A DNA stretch of 64,000 nucleotides from Azolla caroliniana (lineage: Eukaryota; Plantae; Polypodiophyta): NCBI GenBank assembly GCA_043228905.1, contig JBHGNT010000021.1:2790001-2854000 (forward strand). Direction: 5' to 3'. Shown one piece after another: positions 22,601-35,297 of this stretch. The notes beneath the pieces were generated by a model that did no database searches, was not told the origin of the DNA, and saw only the letters and a program-made list of their open reading frames with translations. A program made the position numbers and the translations under genes. Position 1 is the first letter of the stretch, and every line of letters begins with the position of its first letter.

Positions 22601-25052
22601 AATGCATTTTCCTTGGATATGGAACAGACGGCGAAATGGGATACCGACTCTGGGACCCCGAACGCAGACAAATCGTTCGAAGTTCGGACGTTGTGTTCAA
22701 CGAGTCGGCTATGAATCCATCAGTCGAAAAACCGATCGAAGTCCGAAGGGTAACATTCTCCGATGTGCCGACCCTTCAAGAAGGCCCCGCTCTCAACACA
22801 CGGTCAGCTTCACGGGTAGCTGAACCTTATACTACCGACTCGGACAACTCTGACTCGGCACAACCGAATGATTCGGTTTCGGACCATCCGACCTCGATAC
22901 CCGATGCGACCAGTCCAATCATACCTCGACGATCCGAGAGACTGTCGCAACCTCCGGAGAGGTATTCTCCTGGAATTTTCTTCACCGACGCCGGCGAACC
23001 GACGTCTTACGAAGAAGCATCGACATCTGTCGATTCGGCCACCTGGCATCTGGCGATGGAGTCGGAAATGCACTCCATTCGGGCAAACAAGACTTGGGAT
23101 CTGGTCGAATTACCTAGGAACCGACGTGCTCTTCCTTGCAAGTGGGTTTATCGACTAAAAGAGACGTCTGATTCGACCACCCCAAAGTACAAGGCCAGAT
23201 TAGTTGCGAAGGGCTTCCGACAAGAATATGGCGTCGACTTCGACGAGATTTTTTCACCAGTGGTGAAAATGACAACCCTTCGTTTTCTGCTCGGCGTCGT
23301 GGCAGCCGACAACTTGGAGCTGATTCAGCTAGATGTCAAAACAGCCTTCCTCCATGGTGATCTCGAGGAGGAAATTTATATGGAGCAGCCAAAAGGCTTC
23401 GTGGCAACTGGCCAAGAACATCTAGTCTGCCGACTCAGGAAGAGTCTATACGGCCTCAAACAGGCACCGCGACAATGGTACAAGAAGTTCGACGACTTCA
23501 TCCAATCGATCGGCTTCTCCAAAAGCGATGAGGACCATTGTCTCTTCACCAATACATCTCAAGATGGATCACCCATCTTCCTCATCATTTACGTGGACGA
23601 CATGCTAATTTCTGGACGCCACGCGGGCGAACTTGCCGATCTCGTTCGGCAACTGCGGTTGAAGTTTGCCATGAAGGACCTCGGTCCGGCACGACACATC
23701 CTTGGCATGAAGATTAGTCGGCATCGCGATAAACGACATCTTTTTTTGTCTCAGACCGACTATATCGGACGTGTCTTGGAACGCTTCAACATGCAATCAG
23801 CCAAATCTGCTTCAACCCCACTCCCTATGAATCTTCGGCTCTCTCAGCGAGACTGCCCGACATCCGGTTCGGAGGGGGAAGATATGAAGTCGGTACCGTA
23901 TGCACCGGCAGTCGGCTCCCTTATGTACCTGATGGTCGCGACACGGCCTGATATCTCTCATGCCGTAGGAGTCGTTAGCAGATTTATGCACAATCCTGGC
24001 CGATCGCATTGGAACGCAGTCAAGCATGTGTTCAGATATCTGGCTGGCACAAAAGATCACGGCATTCTTTTCGGTCCGAACCGAACCTCAGGCGTAGTCG
24101 GTTACACCGACTCGGACTTCGCCGGCTGTATAGACAGTCGGAAATCAACAACCGGATACTGCTTCAAATTCGGCAATGGAGCAATCTCGTGGAAGTCGAA
24201 ACTTCAGGAGTGCACAGCGACCTCAACGACCGAAGCAGAATATGTACCTGCGTCCGACGCAGCAAAAGAAGCTTTGTGGCTCGGTCGGCTGGCGCACACG
24301 TTTCGACAAGTCGAACATGACTCGGCTCTAGTTGTCTACAGCGACAGTCAAGGTGCTGTTGCCTTGTCGAAAAATCCGGTTCACCACAACGCCTCCAAAC
24401 ATATCGATGTTCGATATCACTTCGTTCGGGACTGCGTCATTTCAGGGAAAATCGGTCTAGAGAAAATATCCACAACCGACAATGTCGCAGATGGAATGAC
24501 CAAGTGTCTTTCGGCAGACCGTTTTCGGTCTCTTCGGCATCAGATGGGCGTAACGACAAACCAGTCCGGTTAGAGCCGGACACAGAGCAGGATGGTTCCC
24601 GACAACCGACATCAGTTGCTTAATGATCGGCTTCAACTGTTCCGACCCGACCAGTTCGGTCTTCTGCCTTCGGACCCTGCCGACTCGAACAAAGCTGATA
24701 TGTCCGAGAACCTAAGTCTATACCTGTAATCTTAGATAACCCATGTATACGCCCATTACGGGGGAGTGTCGAATACATGTGTATAATGGACGTATTCACA
24801 CCATCCCGTTTTGGCCATTTATGTAATTAGCATAAAGGGTAGTTGCCCTAAGTCGGTCACTATATATAGTGACCTTGTAACCTCTTTGTGAGGTTGGTTG
24901 TTGTATTATTGCCTTATGAAATAAGAAGTTCTTTTGTGCCTCTCTCTCTCTCTCTCTCTCTCTGTGCAACGACATAGAAACTGTCATACGCAGGGAATAA
25001 ACAGGAATCGAGTGCTTCTTGATCTTCCGCACTGACGACATTGCTTACAACA
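19698..25052 (+). mobile_element. Copia-A: full-length intact Ty1/Copia element
   Basis: LTRs 19698-19983 and 24767-25052 are 286 bp and identical by eye. PBS TGGTATCAGAGCC at 19986, PPT ACGGGGGAG, TSD CTCGG on both sides. Confidence 0.97.
20560..24573 (+). CDS. Copia-A Gag-PR-IN-RT-RH polyprotein
   Basis: Motifs CNYCKKPGHIKADC, WLLDSGASFH, GAG-pre-integrase, HSDVCGP...DNGGEF...E, YKARLVAKG, IYVDDM and KHIDVRYHF in one intact ORF. Confidence 0.95.
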   Translation: MASTSGSSEMSLRKFDGSNFNFWKEQMQDYLIVKGQIDPIENEEPPEGYKPIEWQKLDRIVRATIRMHLSESVYFTVQSCTTAFELWKTLSDTYEKKVAATKMFLIRRLYNLRMKESDSVQAHLNEYESISSQISSQGTAIEDELRAMILMSSLPSSWETFVTTVCNASTTAVKYSEVTSAILTEAARRKSFAKDSTDDAYVVQGSTDRSNIRGRDSSRPPNNQRRRSQSRDNRICNYCKKPGHIKADCRALKNKNNKKSGRHEEINYVSSSADVLPDDPNILSIENPVGSEVLLTTEESSTWLLDSGASFHVTPHRSQFRQYTIRHSDSVRVGNSQHCDIIGIGTVELNLAGGSTLVLHNVRHVPELSRPLISVGQLDEDGIRAGFSSGGWTLHRGNLLLARGPKIHSLYPLHVTLREGNLFLVDIPVSSLWHLRLGHLSKAGITHLSRAGYIPKLSFSDHQFCEHCQYGKQVAASHPTSAPRETRPLDLVHSDVCGPMPHQSLGGASYFVSFIDDSTRKVWAYPIRTKDRVFSIFTDWLAMVENQADRKLKCLRTDNGGEFKSEEFVKFCRQRGIRREFTAPHSPEQNGIAERMNRTIQERIVSMLQHSRLSDGFWAEALLTAVHIINMSPSRPLGLQIPQELWIGSKPNYDKLRTFGCEAYALIPKDDRRKLAPRSRKCIFLGYGTDGEMGYRLWDPERRQIVRSSDVVFNESAMNPSVEKPIEVRRVTFSDVPTLQEGPALNTRSASRVAEPYTTDSDNSDSAQPNDSVSDHPTSIPDATSPIIPRRSERLSQPPERYSPGIFFTDAGEPTSYEEASTSVDSATWHLAMESEMHSIRANKTWDLVELPRNRRALPCKWVYRLKETSDSTTPKYKARLVAKGFRQEYGVDFDEIFSPVVKMTTLRFLLGVVAADNLELIQLDVKTAFLHGDLEEEIYMEQPKGFVATGQEHLVCRLRKSLYGLKQAPRQWYKKFDDFIQSIGFSKSDEDHCLFTNTSQDGSPIFLIIYVDDMLISGRHAGELADLVRQLRLKFAMKDLGPARHILGMKISRHRDKRHLFLSQTDYIGRVLERFNMQSAKSASTPLPMNLRLSQRDCPTSGSEGEDMKSVPYAPAVGSLMYLMVATRPDISHAVGVVSRFMHNPGRSHWNAVKHVFRYLAGTKDHGILFGPNRTSGVVGYTDSDFAGCIDSRKSTTGYCFKFGNGAISWKSKLQECTATSTTEAEYVPASDAAKEALWLGRLAHTFRQVEHDSALVVYSDSQGAVALSKNPVHHNASKHIDVRYHFVRDCVISGKIGLEKISTTDNVADGMTKCLSADRFRSLRHQMGVTTNQSG

Positions 25053-28000
25053 CTCGGTTGAGGGCCCCCGCGGTCTCACCTTATTTCATACGCGTGAGCG
25101 TAACAACACGACATCAATTTGGTGAACCTGACATGAATTAAGGCGGCAGAGGAATAAAAAATGAGGGGATCAGAGCTCGTCGAAGCCATGGCGGCAGCAG
25201 TCGATCGGATAGTAAGTGCTCGCGAGGGCACGAGCGCCCTTGACAGGGCCATCGAAGCAATCGTCGACACAATAGGCCAGTTCAATGGGAAGGACGCCAT
25301 GCGTCATTTGGTGGCCTACCGGGCCGAAATGGTGATGAGGGACATCCCGGAGGAGAGGCGTCTGGCTGGGTTCCCTCGGGTAGCGACACCGAGCATCCAC
25401 GCAGAGGTGCTCGAGGTGCAGGCTGGATGTTGGACCTGTTGGGATTACGGTCCCTCCGGATGGGATGGTCGGATGTTCGGGAATCGGGAATGAAGACCCG
25501 GTTCCGGATCCGGATGATGAAGACCCCGGCTACGGAGCCGGATGACGAATGTACCCGGAGAGAGATCCGGATGCGGGGACATATTTGTGAAGATGTTTGC
25601 CAAGGGCCCTTGAGGCTATAATTGTAAATAGCCCGAAAGTCATATGTGTATAAATATGACTTAGGGCAAACAGTTTTAATGTTGTTGCTCATTTTTCTGT
25701 GTATTGCCACTCTTATGTGTGCAAGAGAGTGAAGAGAGCAGCCGAGAGAGAGAGAGAGAGAGACGAAGAGGTCGTTGCCTCTGTGTATTACCGCCGCCTG
25801 TGGCGAAGACAGTGAGCTCAAGGTTGTTGCCTTGTAGCTTCACCATTGTACATCTCTGATTATAGTGATAGTTGGAGTTTGAGGACTCCCGTGGTTTTTC
25901 CCATTTAGGGTTTTCCACGTAAAACATCCTGTGCACTCTTCTCTCTATTGTCTTCTTGCATTTTGTATTTCCTGTTTTCTGTGAGTTGACCCTATTCCTC
26001 GGTTGTGGCCGAGCACTGTGTTCAACAAAGTGGTATCAGAGCGACGGTAACACAGAAAATGGAAGGCGGCGGTAGTGGGCCTCCGAGCATGATGGTGTTG
26101 AACTCACAGAACTACGCCGACTGGAAGATAAAGATGGAAGACCTTCTCATCGTCCGAGACCTGTATGAACCGATCGACAATGCCGAGATACCCAAGGGGG
26201 TAATAGAGTCGGAGTGGAAGCTCCTGAACCGGAAAGCCGTAGCGACGATCCGACAATATGTCGATGTAAGTGTTCTGCAACATGTGGCGAACGATACGAA
26301 CGCCTATGAGATGTGGCAGAAGCTGTCCGGACTGTATGAGAGGAAGAATGCTCTGACCCGGACCTCCCTGATGAGGAAGATAGTGAATCTTAAGTACCGG
26401 GACGGCGAGAGCATGGTCGAACACGTCAGCACGTTCATGGGATTCGTGAATCAGCTTGCGGCGATCAAGTTCCCGTTGGATGACGCAATGCAAGCCATCA
26501 TGCTGATGTGTACCCTTCCGGAGAGCTGGGAGAACTTGGTAGTTACACTCAGCACCTCCTGTAAGGAAGAGAACTTGTCTTTACTAACGGTAAAGACAAG
26601 TATTCTAAATGAAGAAGCGCGTCGGAGAGATAAAGAATCGTCCTCCGACTCGAAGGCGCTGCTTACCGAATCGGAACGGGGAAGACAACGGAACCGGAGT
26701 CCGCAAAGACGGGAGAAGTCAGGGACACGGTCGCAGTCGAGGGGAAGACCTACATGCTTCTACTGTGGGAAGCCGGGGCACTTCCAGAAGAACTGTCGGC
26801 ATTTCCGGAAAGACAACGGAACCGACGGTACCGATTCGAAGAAGTCAGCGGAGCGAAACGGTGCATACCGGGGAGCCACGGACCGGAGAGGTCTGGATCG
26901 GCGAGGGCAGGACTGGAAAGGAACGACGGCACTCGCGGCAAGTGAAGAAGAGATAATGCTCATTACCGAAGAGAGGGAGCTGAACCTTGCCGGCGAAGAG
27001 ATGACCTGGGTGGTCGATTCCGGAGCATCGTTCCACCTGACCCCGGAGAAGAAATACTTCTCATCCTACACAGCCGGTGAGCACGGCTGTGTCCGGATGG
27101 GAAATGAAGGTACATGCCGGATCGCCGGCATAGGAGACGTGTGGCTGATGACATCAACCGGATGCAAGATGCTGCTGAAGGATGTCCGACACGTTCCGGA
27201 GGTTCGATTGAACCTGATTTCGGCCGGGAGGCTAGACGATGAAGGCTACACGGGTAGCATCCGGAACGGCGAAATGAAGTTCAGCAAGGGGAGCCTGATA
27301 GTGGCTCGGGCCCGGAAGGTCAACACACTGTACCTGATGAATTCCCGGCTATGTCCGGAGGAGCTGAACGTGGCAGCTGACACTGCCGGTGAGCTGTGGC
27401 ACAAGAGACTGTGCCACATGAGCGAGAAGGGGATGAAGAGGCTTGCCGAAGACAACCTGATACCGGTAAAGCACGTACACTTGGGGAAGTGCACCGACTG
27501 TCTGACCTCCTTCCACTCAAGGCCACCGATGAGATGTAGCGCACCATTGGAGTTGGTGCACACTGACGTGTGTCAAGTAGAAACGAAGTCACATGGCGGA
27601 GCCCAGTACTTCGTGACATTCATTGATGACCACAGCCGGAAGCTGTGGACGGCACCGTTGAAGACAAAGGACCAAGTGTTGTGCGTCTTCAAAGAACTCC
27701 ACGCGAGAGTGGAAAGGGAATCCGGCAAGAAGCTGAAAGCGATACGAGCGGATAACGGAGGGGAATACCGGGGGCAGTTCGAGGAGTACTGTCGCTCGAA
27801 GGGAATCCGGCTCGAGTTTACTGTGCCGAAGACGCCGGAACTGAACGGGCTGGCCGAGAGGATGAACCGGACCATAATGGAGAGGGTCCGGAGTATGCTG
27901 GCACATGCGAAATTACCCAAGGTGTTTTGGGCTGAGGCAATGTCGACGGCGACATACGTGATAAACAGATCACCCTCAGTACCTTTGAACGGAGACACGC

Positions 28001-29481
28001 CGCAGAGAGTGTGGACCGGTAGGGAAGTATCCTACCGGCATCTGAAGGTGTTCGGGTGTCTCGCATATGTGCATGTGGCAAAGGACCGGAGAGGAAAGCT
28101 AGATCCAAAGACCCGGCCATGCATATTCCTCGGTTACGGCGATGACGAGTTCGGCTACCGAGTATGGGACCCGGTCGACAAAAAGTTATTCCGGAGTCGT
28201 GATATCATCTTCATGGAGGACAAGACACTCGCCGACTGGGAGTCGGAGAAGAAGATGAAGAGCTCCAAGTCGACCGGTGAGGATAAACTCTACGAGGAGC
28301 AGTCCCGACCGGCAAGGGACCGGTTAGCACTCGAGGATCCGGCCGAAGACGGTGAAGAAACAGAACCGGCCGAGGAAGATGAAACTGATACCAGAACCGG
28401 CCCCGATCCCGAAATGGATTCGGATGAAGAAGAAACGGAGGAGCCGGTTACCGAAGCTCCGGAACGGAGATATCCTCTAAGAGAGAGAAGGCCCCCCCCG
28501 GAGATTTCCGGAACCAGAGCACGTGCTGCTAACCGACGAGGGGGAGCCGGAGAGTTTTGAAGAAGCAAAGCTTGACACCCATAGCCGCAGGTGGTTAAGT
28601 GCCATGCAGGAGGAGATGGATTCCCTGCATGAGAACCACACATATGAACTTGTGGAGTTGCCGAAAGGAAAGCGGGCACTTCGAAACAAGTGGGTGTTCA
28701 AGCTGAAACCGGGAGATGCCGGAAACCCCCCGAGATACAAAGCCAGGATCGTGGTGAAGGGGTTCCAGCAGAAGAAGGGCGTCGACTTCGACGAGATATT
28801 TGCCCCGGTAGTGAAGATGACCTCCATCCGGACGGTGCTGAGCATAGCGGCAAGCATGGACCTCGAGGTAGAACAGATGGACGTGAAGACGACATTCCTT
28901 CACGGTGACCTCGAAGAAGAGATCTACATGCAGCAACCGGAAGGATTCGAGAAGAAAGGGAAGGAGCACCTGTTATGCCGGTTGAAGAAGAGCCTTTACG
29001 GACTGAAGCAGGCTCCCCGGCAATGGTACCGGAAGTTTGACTCTTTCATGACCGACGAAGGGTACCACAAAACGCAGTCCGATCACTGCGTGTTTGTGAA
29101 GAAGTTCGAAGGAGGAGACTTTCTAATACTCCTCCTGTACGTGGACGACATGTTGATCGTCGGACGGGACTAGGTCAAGATACGGATGCTGAAGAAAGCG
29201 CTTCACCGAACCTTCTCAATGAAGGACCTGGGTCCGGCGAGGCAAATACTAGGGATGCACATCATCCGGGACCGGAAGAAGAAGCAGTTGTGGCTGTCAC
29301 AGGAGAAGTACGTGACAAAGGTGCTTCACCGGTTCAACATGTCGGAAGCAAGACCGGTCGGGTCAACCCTCCTGGCAAACTGCAAGTTGTCCAGCAAGCA
29401 AAGCCCCAAGACAAAGGCTGAGAAGGAGGACATGATGAAAGTACCATATGCCTCTGCCGTCGGAAGCTTGATGTACGCAAT

Positions 29482-32400
29482 TGTTACACTTGCGTGTTCC
29501 TCTAGTAGCTTTGATGTGAACCATTTTCCCTATACATGGGCACTTTTTACTCTAGTGCTGGCTAGAGGTTTTTTCCCCATGTTACCACATACATGAGTCA
29601 CTCATATGTGGTGGTACTTAGTACTTAGGGATATATATTTCAGCTCCTATTTTTTTCAGGAATATTAATCAATAGAGAGCTATTCCAGCCATTGCCTTCC
29701 GTGTGTGAGTGCTTCTTTCTTTGAGCTTCTTGTGTGTTTCCCACTCTTCCTCACATACCCAACAGTGGTATCAGAGCCAAGTTCTTCATCCTCTCCATCT
29801 TCGGTTGTCCGCATCGCGGTGTCGCGGCGCGCGCGCACTTTTCATTGTGCAAATCAACTTCTGAATATAGAGAAGTGTATTTCAGCACTTGGAGCGCATT
29901 TTCAGCAGGTACCCTGCTGTTTTACCCCCATTTCGAAGCCGTTCGTGTAGTCGAAATCGTCATCCGAGTGATAGTTTGTGAGCTGCATTTTCAGCACTCA
30001 TTTCCGATTTGTTGAGGTAATATTTTACCACTTTCTTGTTCTTTGGTAAAATGGCAAACAATGGTGATTTGTTTGGCATGCTTCAAGCTGAAGATAAGCT
30101 TGATGGGACAAACTATCCAATGTGGTCCTACATGATGAAACACGTTCTTGTTGCCAAACAACTATGGAACATAGTGGTAGATGTAGATCGACGCCCCGCC
30201 GGTCCTACTACTTCACAGTCTACTATCACAGATACAGGTTCATCTTCGAGCACAGTGACTTCATCTACTCCACCAACACAAGAGCAACTTAGATGGGATG
30301 GAAAAGATGCTCAAGCTCATGCATTGATTGCACTTTCTGTGAAGTGTCATATAGTTCCACATATTCGGTCATGCTCTACGTCCAAACAAGCATGGGACAC
30401 TCTTGCTTCGTTGTATGCCGTGCGTAACGAAGCACGTGTTGCATATTTGAGAAAGCAACTTGAGGATGTATATATGGCTGAAAATGAGTCGGTAGATGTG
30501 TATGTGACACGCATTAAAGATTTGAAAGAGCAATTGGCAAACATTGATGAGATCATTTCGAATACATCACTTGTCTCTACGTTGTTGAAAGGATTACCCG
30601 AATCTTTTCAAAGCTTTGCTACTACTATTCGTTTGGTTGCAAAAGGGAATACGGATATGTACGCATTTGATGAGGTTGTGTCTCTTCTTTTGCAAGAAGA
30701 ACAATCTAGAGTGAATAGAAGTGGTTTGATAGAGGGAACACAAGCACTTGCTATCTCACAAAAAGGAAAAGGCAAGCATGGTTCAGCTTTTGGTTCTTCA
30801 AAACCAAAGCCTCAACCTCCCTCTTTCACTTATTCCTCTAATGATGGTGATTTGCAAAAGAAGAAAAGATGCAAATATTGTCGAAAGGTTGGCCATACGA
30901 TTGAAGAATGTAGAAAGCTTGTTAAGCGCAATGAGAAGAAGAAGGAATCCGGCATGACCATTTCTGAAAATGTTTCAAGTGCAAAGAGTGATGAGGCCAA
31001 CATGGCTCAAGATTATTGGGCATGTGTTGTTACATATCATTATGATGCATCATTGCACTCTAAATGTATGGTTGTAAGTGAGATTGATTCGGATTGGTTC
31101 TTTGATAGTGGTGCTTCAAAGCACATTACTTCATGCAAAAGTTTTTTTGCATCCTTGAAAGATGCACCCAAAGGTGGACATGTGGTGTGTGCAAACAATG
31201 CCTCTTATCCTATCATTGGAGTAGGAGAAATTGAGCTTTCGGCTGCAAATGGAGGTGTTGTCATCTTAAAGAATGTATTGTATGTGCCCGGTATCAAGAA
31301 GAACTTAATTTCGGTTCCTTTGATTGCCAAAGCCGGACTTCATGTACATTTTGTTGATGATAAGTGCATGGTTCACGATTATAGCAATGGTGATGTTATC
31401 GTGATGTCCGGTACATTATGCAATGGCTTGTACCGTTTAGATACATACAAGAGGGCTTCTCTAAATGCCTTGGCTGTACATACTTCTTCCATGGCTGAAA
31501 TGGAGCTTTGGCATGCTCGTTTTGGTCACTTGAACCTCAATAGTTTGCTTCACTTGCAAAAGAAGGATATGGTTATTGGGTTGCCTACACTTGAGTCCAT
31601 TGAAAAACATGCATGTGAAGGTTGCATTCTTGGAAAAATGCATCGTGCTTCTTTTCCAAAAGATAGTCATACACACACTACAAGAAAATTACAACTTGTT
31701 CATAGTGATGTGTGTGGTCTTGTAAAGACTCCATCTTTTGGAAAGCATGTATATTTTGTTACCTTCATTGATGATGCTACTCGTCATACATGGGTGTATC
31801 CTATGAAAGCAAAGAATGAAGTCTTTTCTTGCTTCAAATCATTTTTAGCTATGGCTGAAAATTTTTCCGCAAATAAGCTCTTGACTCTACGCACGGATCG
31901 TGGTGGCGAATATATGTCACATGAGTTTAATGCTTTTCTTTGTGAAAGAGGTATTTTACATCAATGTACGGTGCCATATACACCTCAACAAAATGGTGTT
32001 GCAGAACGCAAAAATAGAACACTCTTAGAGATGGCACGATGTATGGTTAAAGGAAAGCATCTTCCTAACAAGTTTTGGATGGAAGCGGTTATGTGTGCAA
32101 ATTATGTGTTGAATCGTTGCCCTACAAAAGCGTTGAGAGTCATTACGCCATATGAGGCTTGGAATGGACATAAACCTATGGTTAGTCATATGCGTGTGTT
32201 CGGTTGTTTGGCATATGCTCTTGTGCCATCACAACAACGTCACAAACTTGATGACAAGGCAAAGAAATGCATATTTGTTGGTTATAGTGCGGAAAGTAAG
32301 GGATATCGTTTGTATCATCCATTGACGGACACAATTATTGTGAGTCGAGATGTGGTATTTGCTGAAAATTCAGCTTTCCCTTTTCTTGAATGCAAAAAAC

Positions 32401-34651
32401 AACCAACAGTTAGCTCACAAGATGTGTTTGATACACTCATGCCTTTGTTCCAAAGTGCTGCGCTTGACCATGGACATGTAGACCAGCCAAGTGAGTCTCA
32501 AAGGGATAAAAATTTCCAGCAAATAAGTGTTGAAAATGCACGAAATGTCCAACCAAATGTGGCTGAAAATGAGCATGAAATTCAGCCCACGCATGATGTA
32601 CATATTGAAGATGCATTACATAATGAACGTATGGCTATCGAGAGGTCACAAACTATGCCGAGGTGGCTGAAACAAACTTTGCAAGATAGCAAATTGAGTG
32701 CACCTTTACTTGGTAAAACAAGATCAAGCTCTCGCCATGCATCAGGTAATTTTGTGGATTATTCTATTGTTGCAATAGCATGTAATGAGGAGCCACTTAC
32801 TTTTGAAGATGCATGTGATGATCCACATTGGATGAGTGCTATGCAATCAGAAATGGATTCCATTCATAAAAATGGTACTTGGGAGTTATGTGAATTGCCA
32901 AAAGGAAAGAATGTGATTGGTACTAGGTGGGTTTACAAGATTAAACGAAAGCCCGATGGTAGTATTGATCGCTACAAAGCTAGATTGGTTGCCAAAGGAT
33001 ATGCCCAACAATATGGCATTGATTATGAGGAAACTTTTGTACCTACTTCACGCATGACTACCATTCGTACCGTGGTTGCATTGGCTGCCCAAAGAGGTTG
33101 GAAAATGCATCAATTGGACATAAAAACAGCCTTTTTAAATGGTGATTTGCAAGAAGAGGTTTATGTGAAGCAACCTCCTGGATTTGCTACGAAAGAGAAA
33201 GAGCATATGGTTTGTCGCTTGCATAAGGCCTTGTATGGTCTCAAGCAAGCTCCGCGTGCATGGTATGAAAAAATCCATAAGCACTTGATTTCTCTTGGCT
33301 TCACATGTAGTCCGATTGAAAGCACACTTTATGTACGCAAAGATGGGGCTGATCTTCTAGTGCTCGTTCTTTATGTTGATGACATACTCTTGACTGGGTC
33401 ATGTGATGCAAAACTCGATTTTCTTATGGCTGATTTGCAGCATACTTTTGAAGTCACTTATCTTGGTCTTTTGAGCTACTATCTTGGCATCCAGTTTGTA
33501 TCCGTTGAGGGGGGAATGTTTATGCATCAAGGAAAGTATGTTGAAAAACTACTTCAGCGTTTTGACTTTGAGGATTGCAAGCCGGTTTATACACCTGTGG
33601 AGACAAGATTTAGGTTCTCTGTTGAGGATTCTAGTGATGCGTTTGATACTTCTCTTTATCAACAAGCTGTGGGATGTCTTATATATGCATGCAATACAAG
33701 GCCGGATATACAGTATGCAGTCTCCCAATTGAGTCGATTCATGCATAGCCCTGGCACTAAGCATTGGCAAGCAGTGAAACGTGTGTTCAGATATCTTAGA
33801 GGCACTTTGAGCTTGGGTCTCTTTTATGGCAGAGATACTCAGCCATGCTTGCATGCTTTTACAGATAGTGATTGGGCTGGTTGTTATGATACTCGCGTGT
33901 CCACTAGTGGTAATTGCTTTTTCTTTGGAAACTCATGTATATCTTGGTTGAGTAAAAAGCAACCTACAGTGGTGACATCAAGTTGTGAAGCTGAGTACAG
34001 GGCAGTTTTCACAGCTACAGTGGAGTGTATATGGCTAAGACGCCTTTTGATGGATCTTTGCATGGAGATTGAAGTTGCTACACGTATTCTCACAGATAGT
34101 CAGAGTGCATTGGCTGTTGCACGAAATCCTGTATTTCATGCACGGACCAAACACATTGAGGTGCATTATCACTATGTGAGAGAGCGCTTTCATGCAGGAG
34201 ATATTGATTTGGTATATGTGCCTACACAAGATAACGTGGCAGACATATTCACCAAAGCTCTTCCACGAGAAAAGTTTGAAGCTTTTCGCAAAGCTTTAGG
34301 CTTATTGCCTTGTGGGGGCTGATCTGTCACTCCTTGTACATGTTCACATCATTCGCTCCAGGGGGGTTTGTTACACTTGCGTGTTCCTCTAGTAGCTTTG
34401 ATGTGAACCATTTTCCCTATACATGGGCACTTTTTACTCTAGTGCTGGCTAGAGGTTTTTTCCCCATGTTACCACATACATGAGTCACTCATATGTGGTG
34501 GTACTTAGTACTTAGGGATATATATTTCAGCTCCTATTTTTTTCAGGAATATTAATCAATAGAGAGCTATTCCAGCCATTGCCTTCCGTGTGTGAGTGCT
34601 TCTTTCTTTGAGCTTCTTGTGTGTTTCCCACTCTTCCTCACATACCCAACA
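29482..34651 (+). mobile_element. Copia-C: full-length intact AT-rich Ty1/Copia element
   Basis: LTRs 29482-29764 and 34369-34651 are 283 bp and identical by eye. PBS TGGTATCAGAGCC at 29766, PPT CAGGGGGG, TSD GCAAT/ACAAT with one mismatch. Confidence 0.96.
30051..34322 (+). CDS. Copia-C Gag-Pol polyprotein
   Basis: Motifs CKYCRKVGHTIEEC, WFFDSGASKH, HSDVCG, DRGGEY, YKARLVAKG, LYVDDI and KHIEVHYHY in an intact ORF. Confidence 0.95.
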   Translation: MANNGDLFGMLQAEDKLDGTNYPMWSYMMKHVLVAKQLWNIVVDVDRRPAGPTTSQSTITDTGSSSSTVTSSTPPTQEQLRWDGKDAQAHALIALSVKCHIVPHIRSCSTSKQAWDTLASLYAVRNEARVAYLRKQLEDVYMAENESVDVYVTRIKDLKEQLANIDEIISNTSLVSTLLKGLPESFQSFATTIRLVAKGNTDMYAFDEVVSLLLQEEQSRVNRSGLIEGTQALAISQKGKGKHGSAFGSSKPKPQPPSFTYSSNDGDLQKKKRCKYCRKVGHTIEECRKLVKRNEKKKESGMTISENVSSAKSDEANMAQDYWACVVTYHYDASLHSKCMVVSEIDSDWFFDSGASKHITSCKSFFASLKDAPKGGHVVCANNASYPIIGVGEIELSAANGGVVILKNVLYVPGIKKNLISVPLIAKAGLHVHFVDDKCMVHDYSNGDVIVMSGTLCNGLYRLDTYKRASLNALAVHTSSMAEMELWHARFGHLNLNSLLHLQKKDMVIGLPTLESIEKHACEGCILGKMHRASFPKDSHTHTTRKLQLVHSDVCGLVKTPSFGKHVYFVTFIDDATRHTWVYPMKAKNEVFSCFKSFLAMAENFSANKLLTLRTDRGGEYMSHEFNAFLCERGILHQCTVPYTPQQNGVAERKNRTLLEMARCMVKGKHLPNKFWMEAVMCANYVLNRCPTKALRVITPYEAWNGHKPMVSHMRVFGCLAYALVPSQQRHKLDDKAKKCIFVGYSAESKGYRLYHPLTDTIIVSRDVVFAENSAFPFLECKKQPTVSSQDVFDTLMPLFQSAALDHGHVDQPSESQRDKNFQQISVENARNVQPNVAENEHEIQPTHDVHIEDALHNERMAIERSQTMPRWLKQTLQDSKLSAPLLGKTRSSSRHASGNFVDYSIVAIACNEEPLTFEDACDDPHWMSAMQSEMDSIHKNGTWELCELPKGKNVIGTRWVYKIKRKPDGSIDRYKARLVAKGYAQQYGIDYEETFVPTSRMTTIRTVVALAAQRGWKMHQLDIKTAFLNGDLQEEVYVKQPPGFATKEKEHMVCRLHKALYGLKQAPRAWYEKIHKHLISLGFTCSPIESTLYVRKDGADLLVLVLYVDDILLTGSCDAKLDFLMADLQHTFEVTYLGLLSYYLGIQFVSVEGGMFMHQGKYVEKLLQRFDFEDCKPVYTPVETRFRFSVEDSSDAFDTSLYQQAVGCLIYACNTRPDIQYAVSQLSRFMHSPGTKHWQAVKRVFRYLRGTLSLGLFYGRDTQPCLHAFTDSDWAGCYDTRVSTSGNCFFFGNSCISWLSKKQPTVVTSSCEAEYRAVFTATVECIWLRRLLMDLCMEIEVATRILTDSQSALAVARNPVFHARTKHIEVHYHYVRERFHAGDIDLVYVPTQDNVADIFTKALPREKFEAFRKALGLLPCGG

Positions 34652-35226
34652 ACAATGGTGTGTACAAGACCGGACATAGGATATGCGGTCGGAGTGGTGA
34701 GCCGGTACATGAGCAATCCCGGCAAAGAGCACTGGAACGCGGCCAAGTGGATACTCCGATACCTGAAGGGCACGGCAAACGTGTGCCTCCGATTCGGCTC
34801 CGGTAAGCCCGAACTCGACGGTTTTACCGATTCGGATATGTCGGCTGATGCAGATACCAGCCGGTCCACATCAGGGTATGTGATGACGTATGCAGGGGGA
34901 GCTGTTTCGTGGCAGTCGAGGCTGCAGAAGACGGTTGCATTGTCAACCACGGAGGCGGAGTACATGGCGGCTGTTGAAGCCGGCAAGGAAATGATATGGA
35001 TGAAGGACTTCATTAGAGAGCTCGGTATTCGGCAGGAGGAGTACCGACTCTACTGCGACAGTCAGAGTGCCATCCACCTTGCGAAGAACGCTGTCGGGGT
35101 AGTTGTGGTTCGTGCGGCGAAGTCGCGGGGACTAAGGTTAAGGGGAGTTGAAGAAACTTAAGTTTAATAAGGCTTGTATGGTGATGATAGAATGGTTAAG
35201 GATAGTAAGATGAAGAGTTACAAGTA

Positions 35227-35278
<52 letters not shown>

Positions 35279-35297
35279 CGAGCATAGATAAAAGATA

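Noticed and set aside
28490-28560. Programmed frameshift in Copia-B
   Set aside because: It lies at a C homopolymer in a copy with other disabling stops; the other Copia elements here have no frameshift.
29477-34656. Copia-C TSD read as 4 bp (CAAT)
   Set aside because: LTR boundaries give GCAAT/ACAAT, a 5-bp TSD with one transition.
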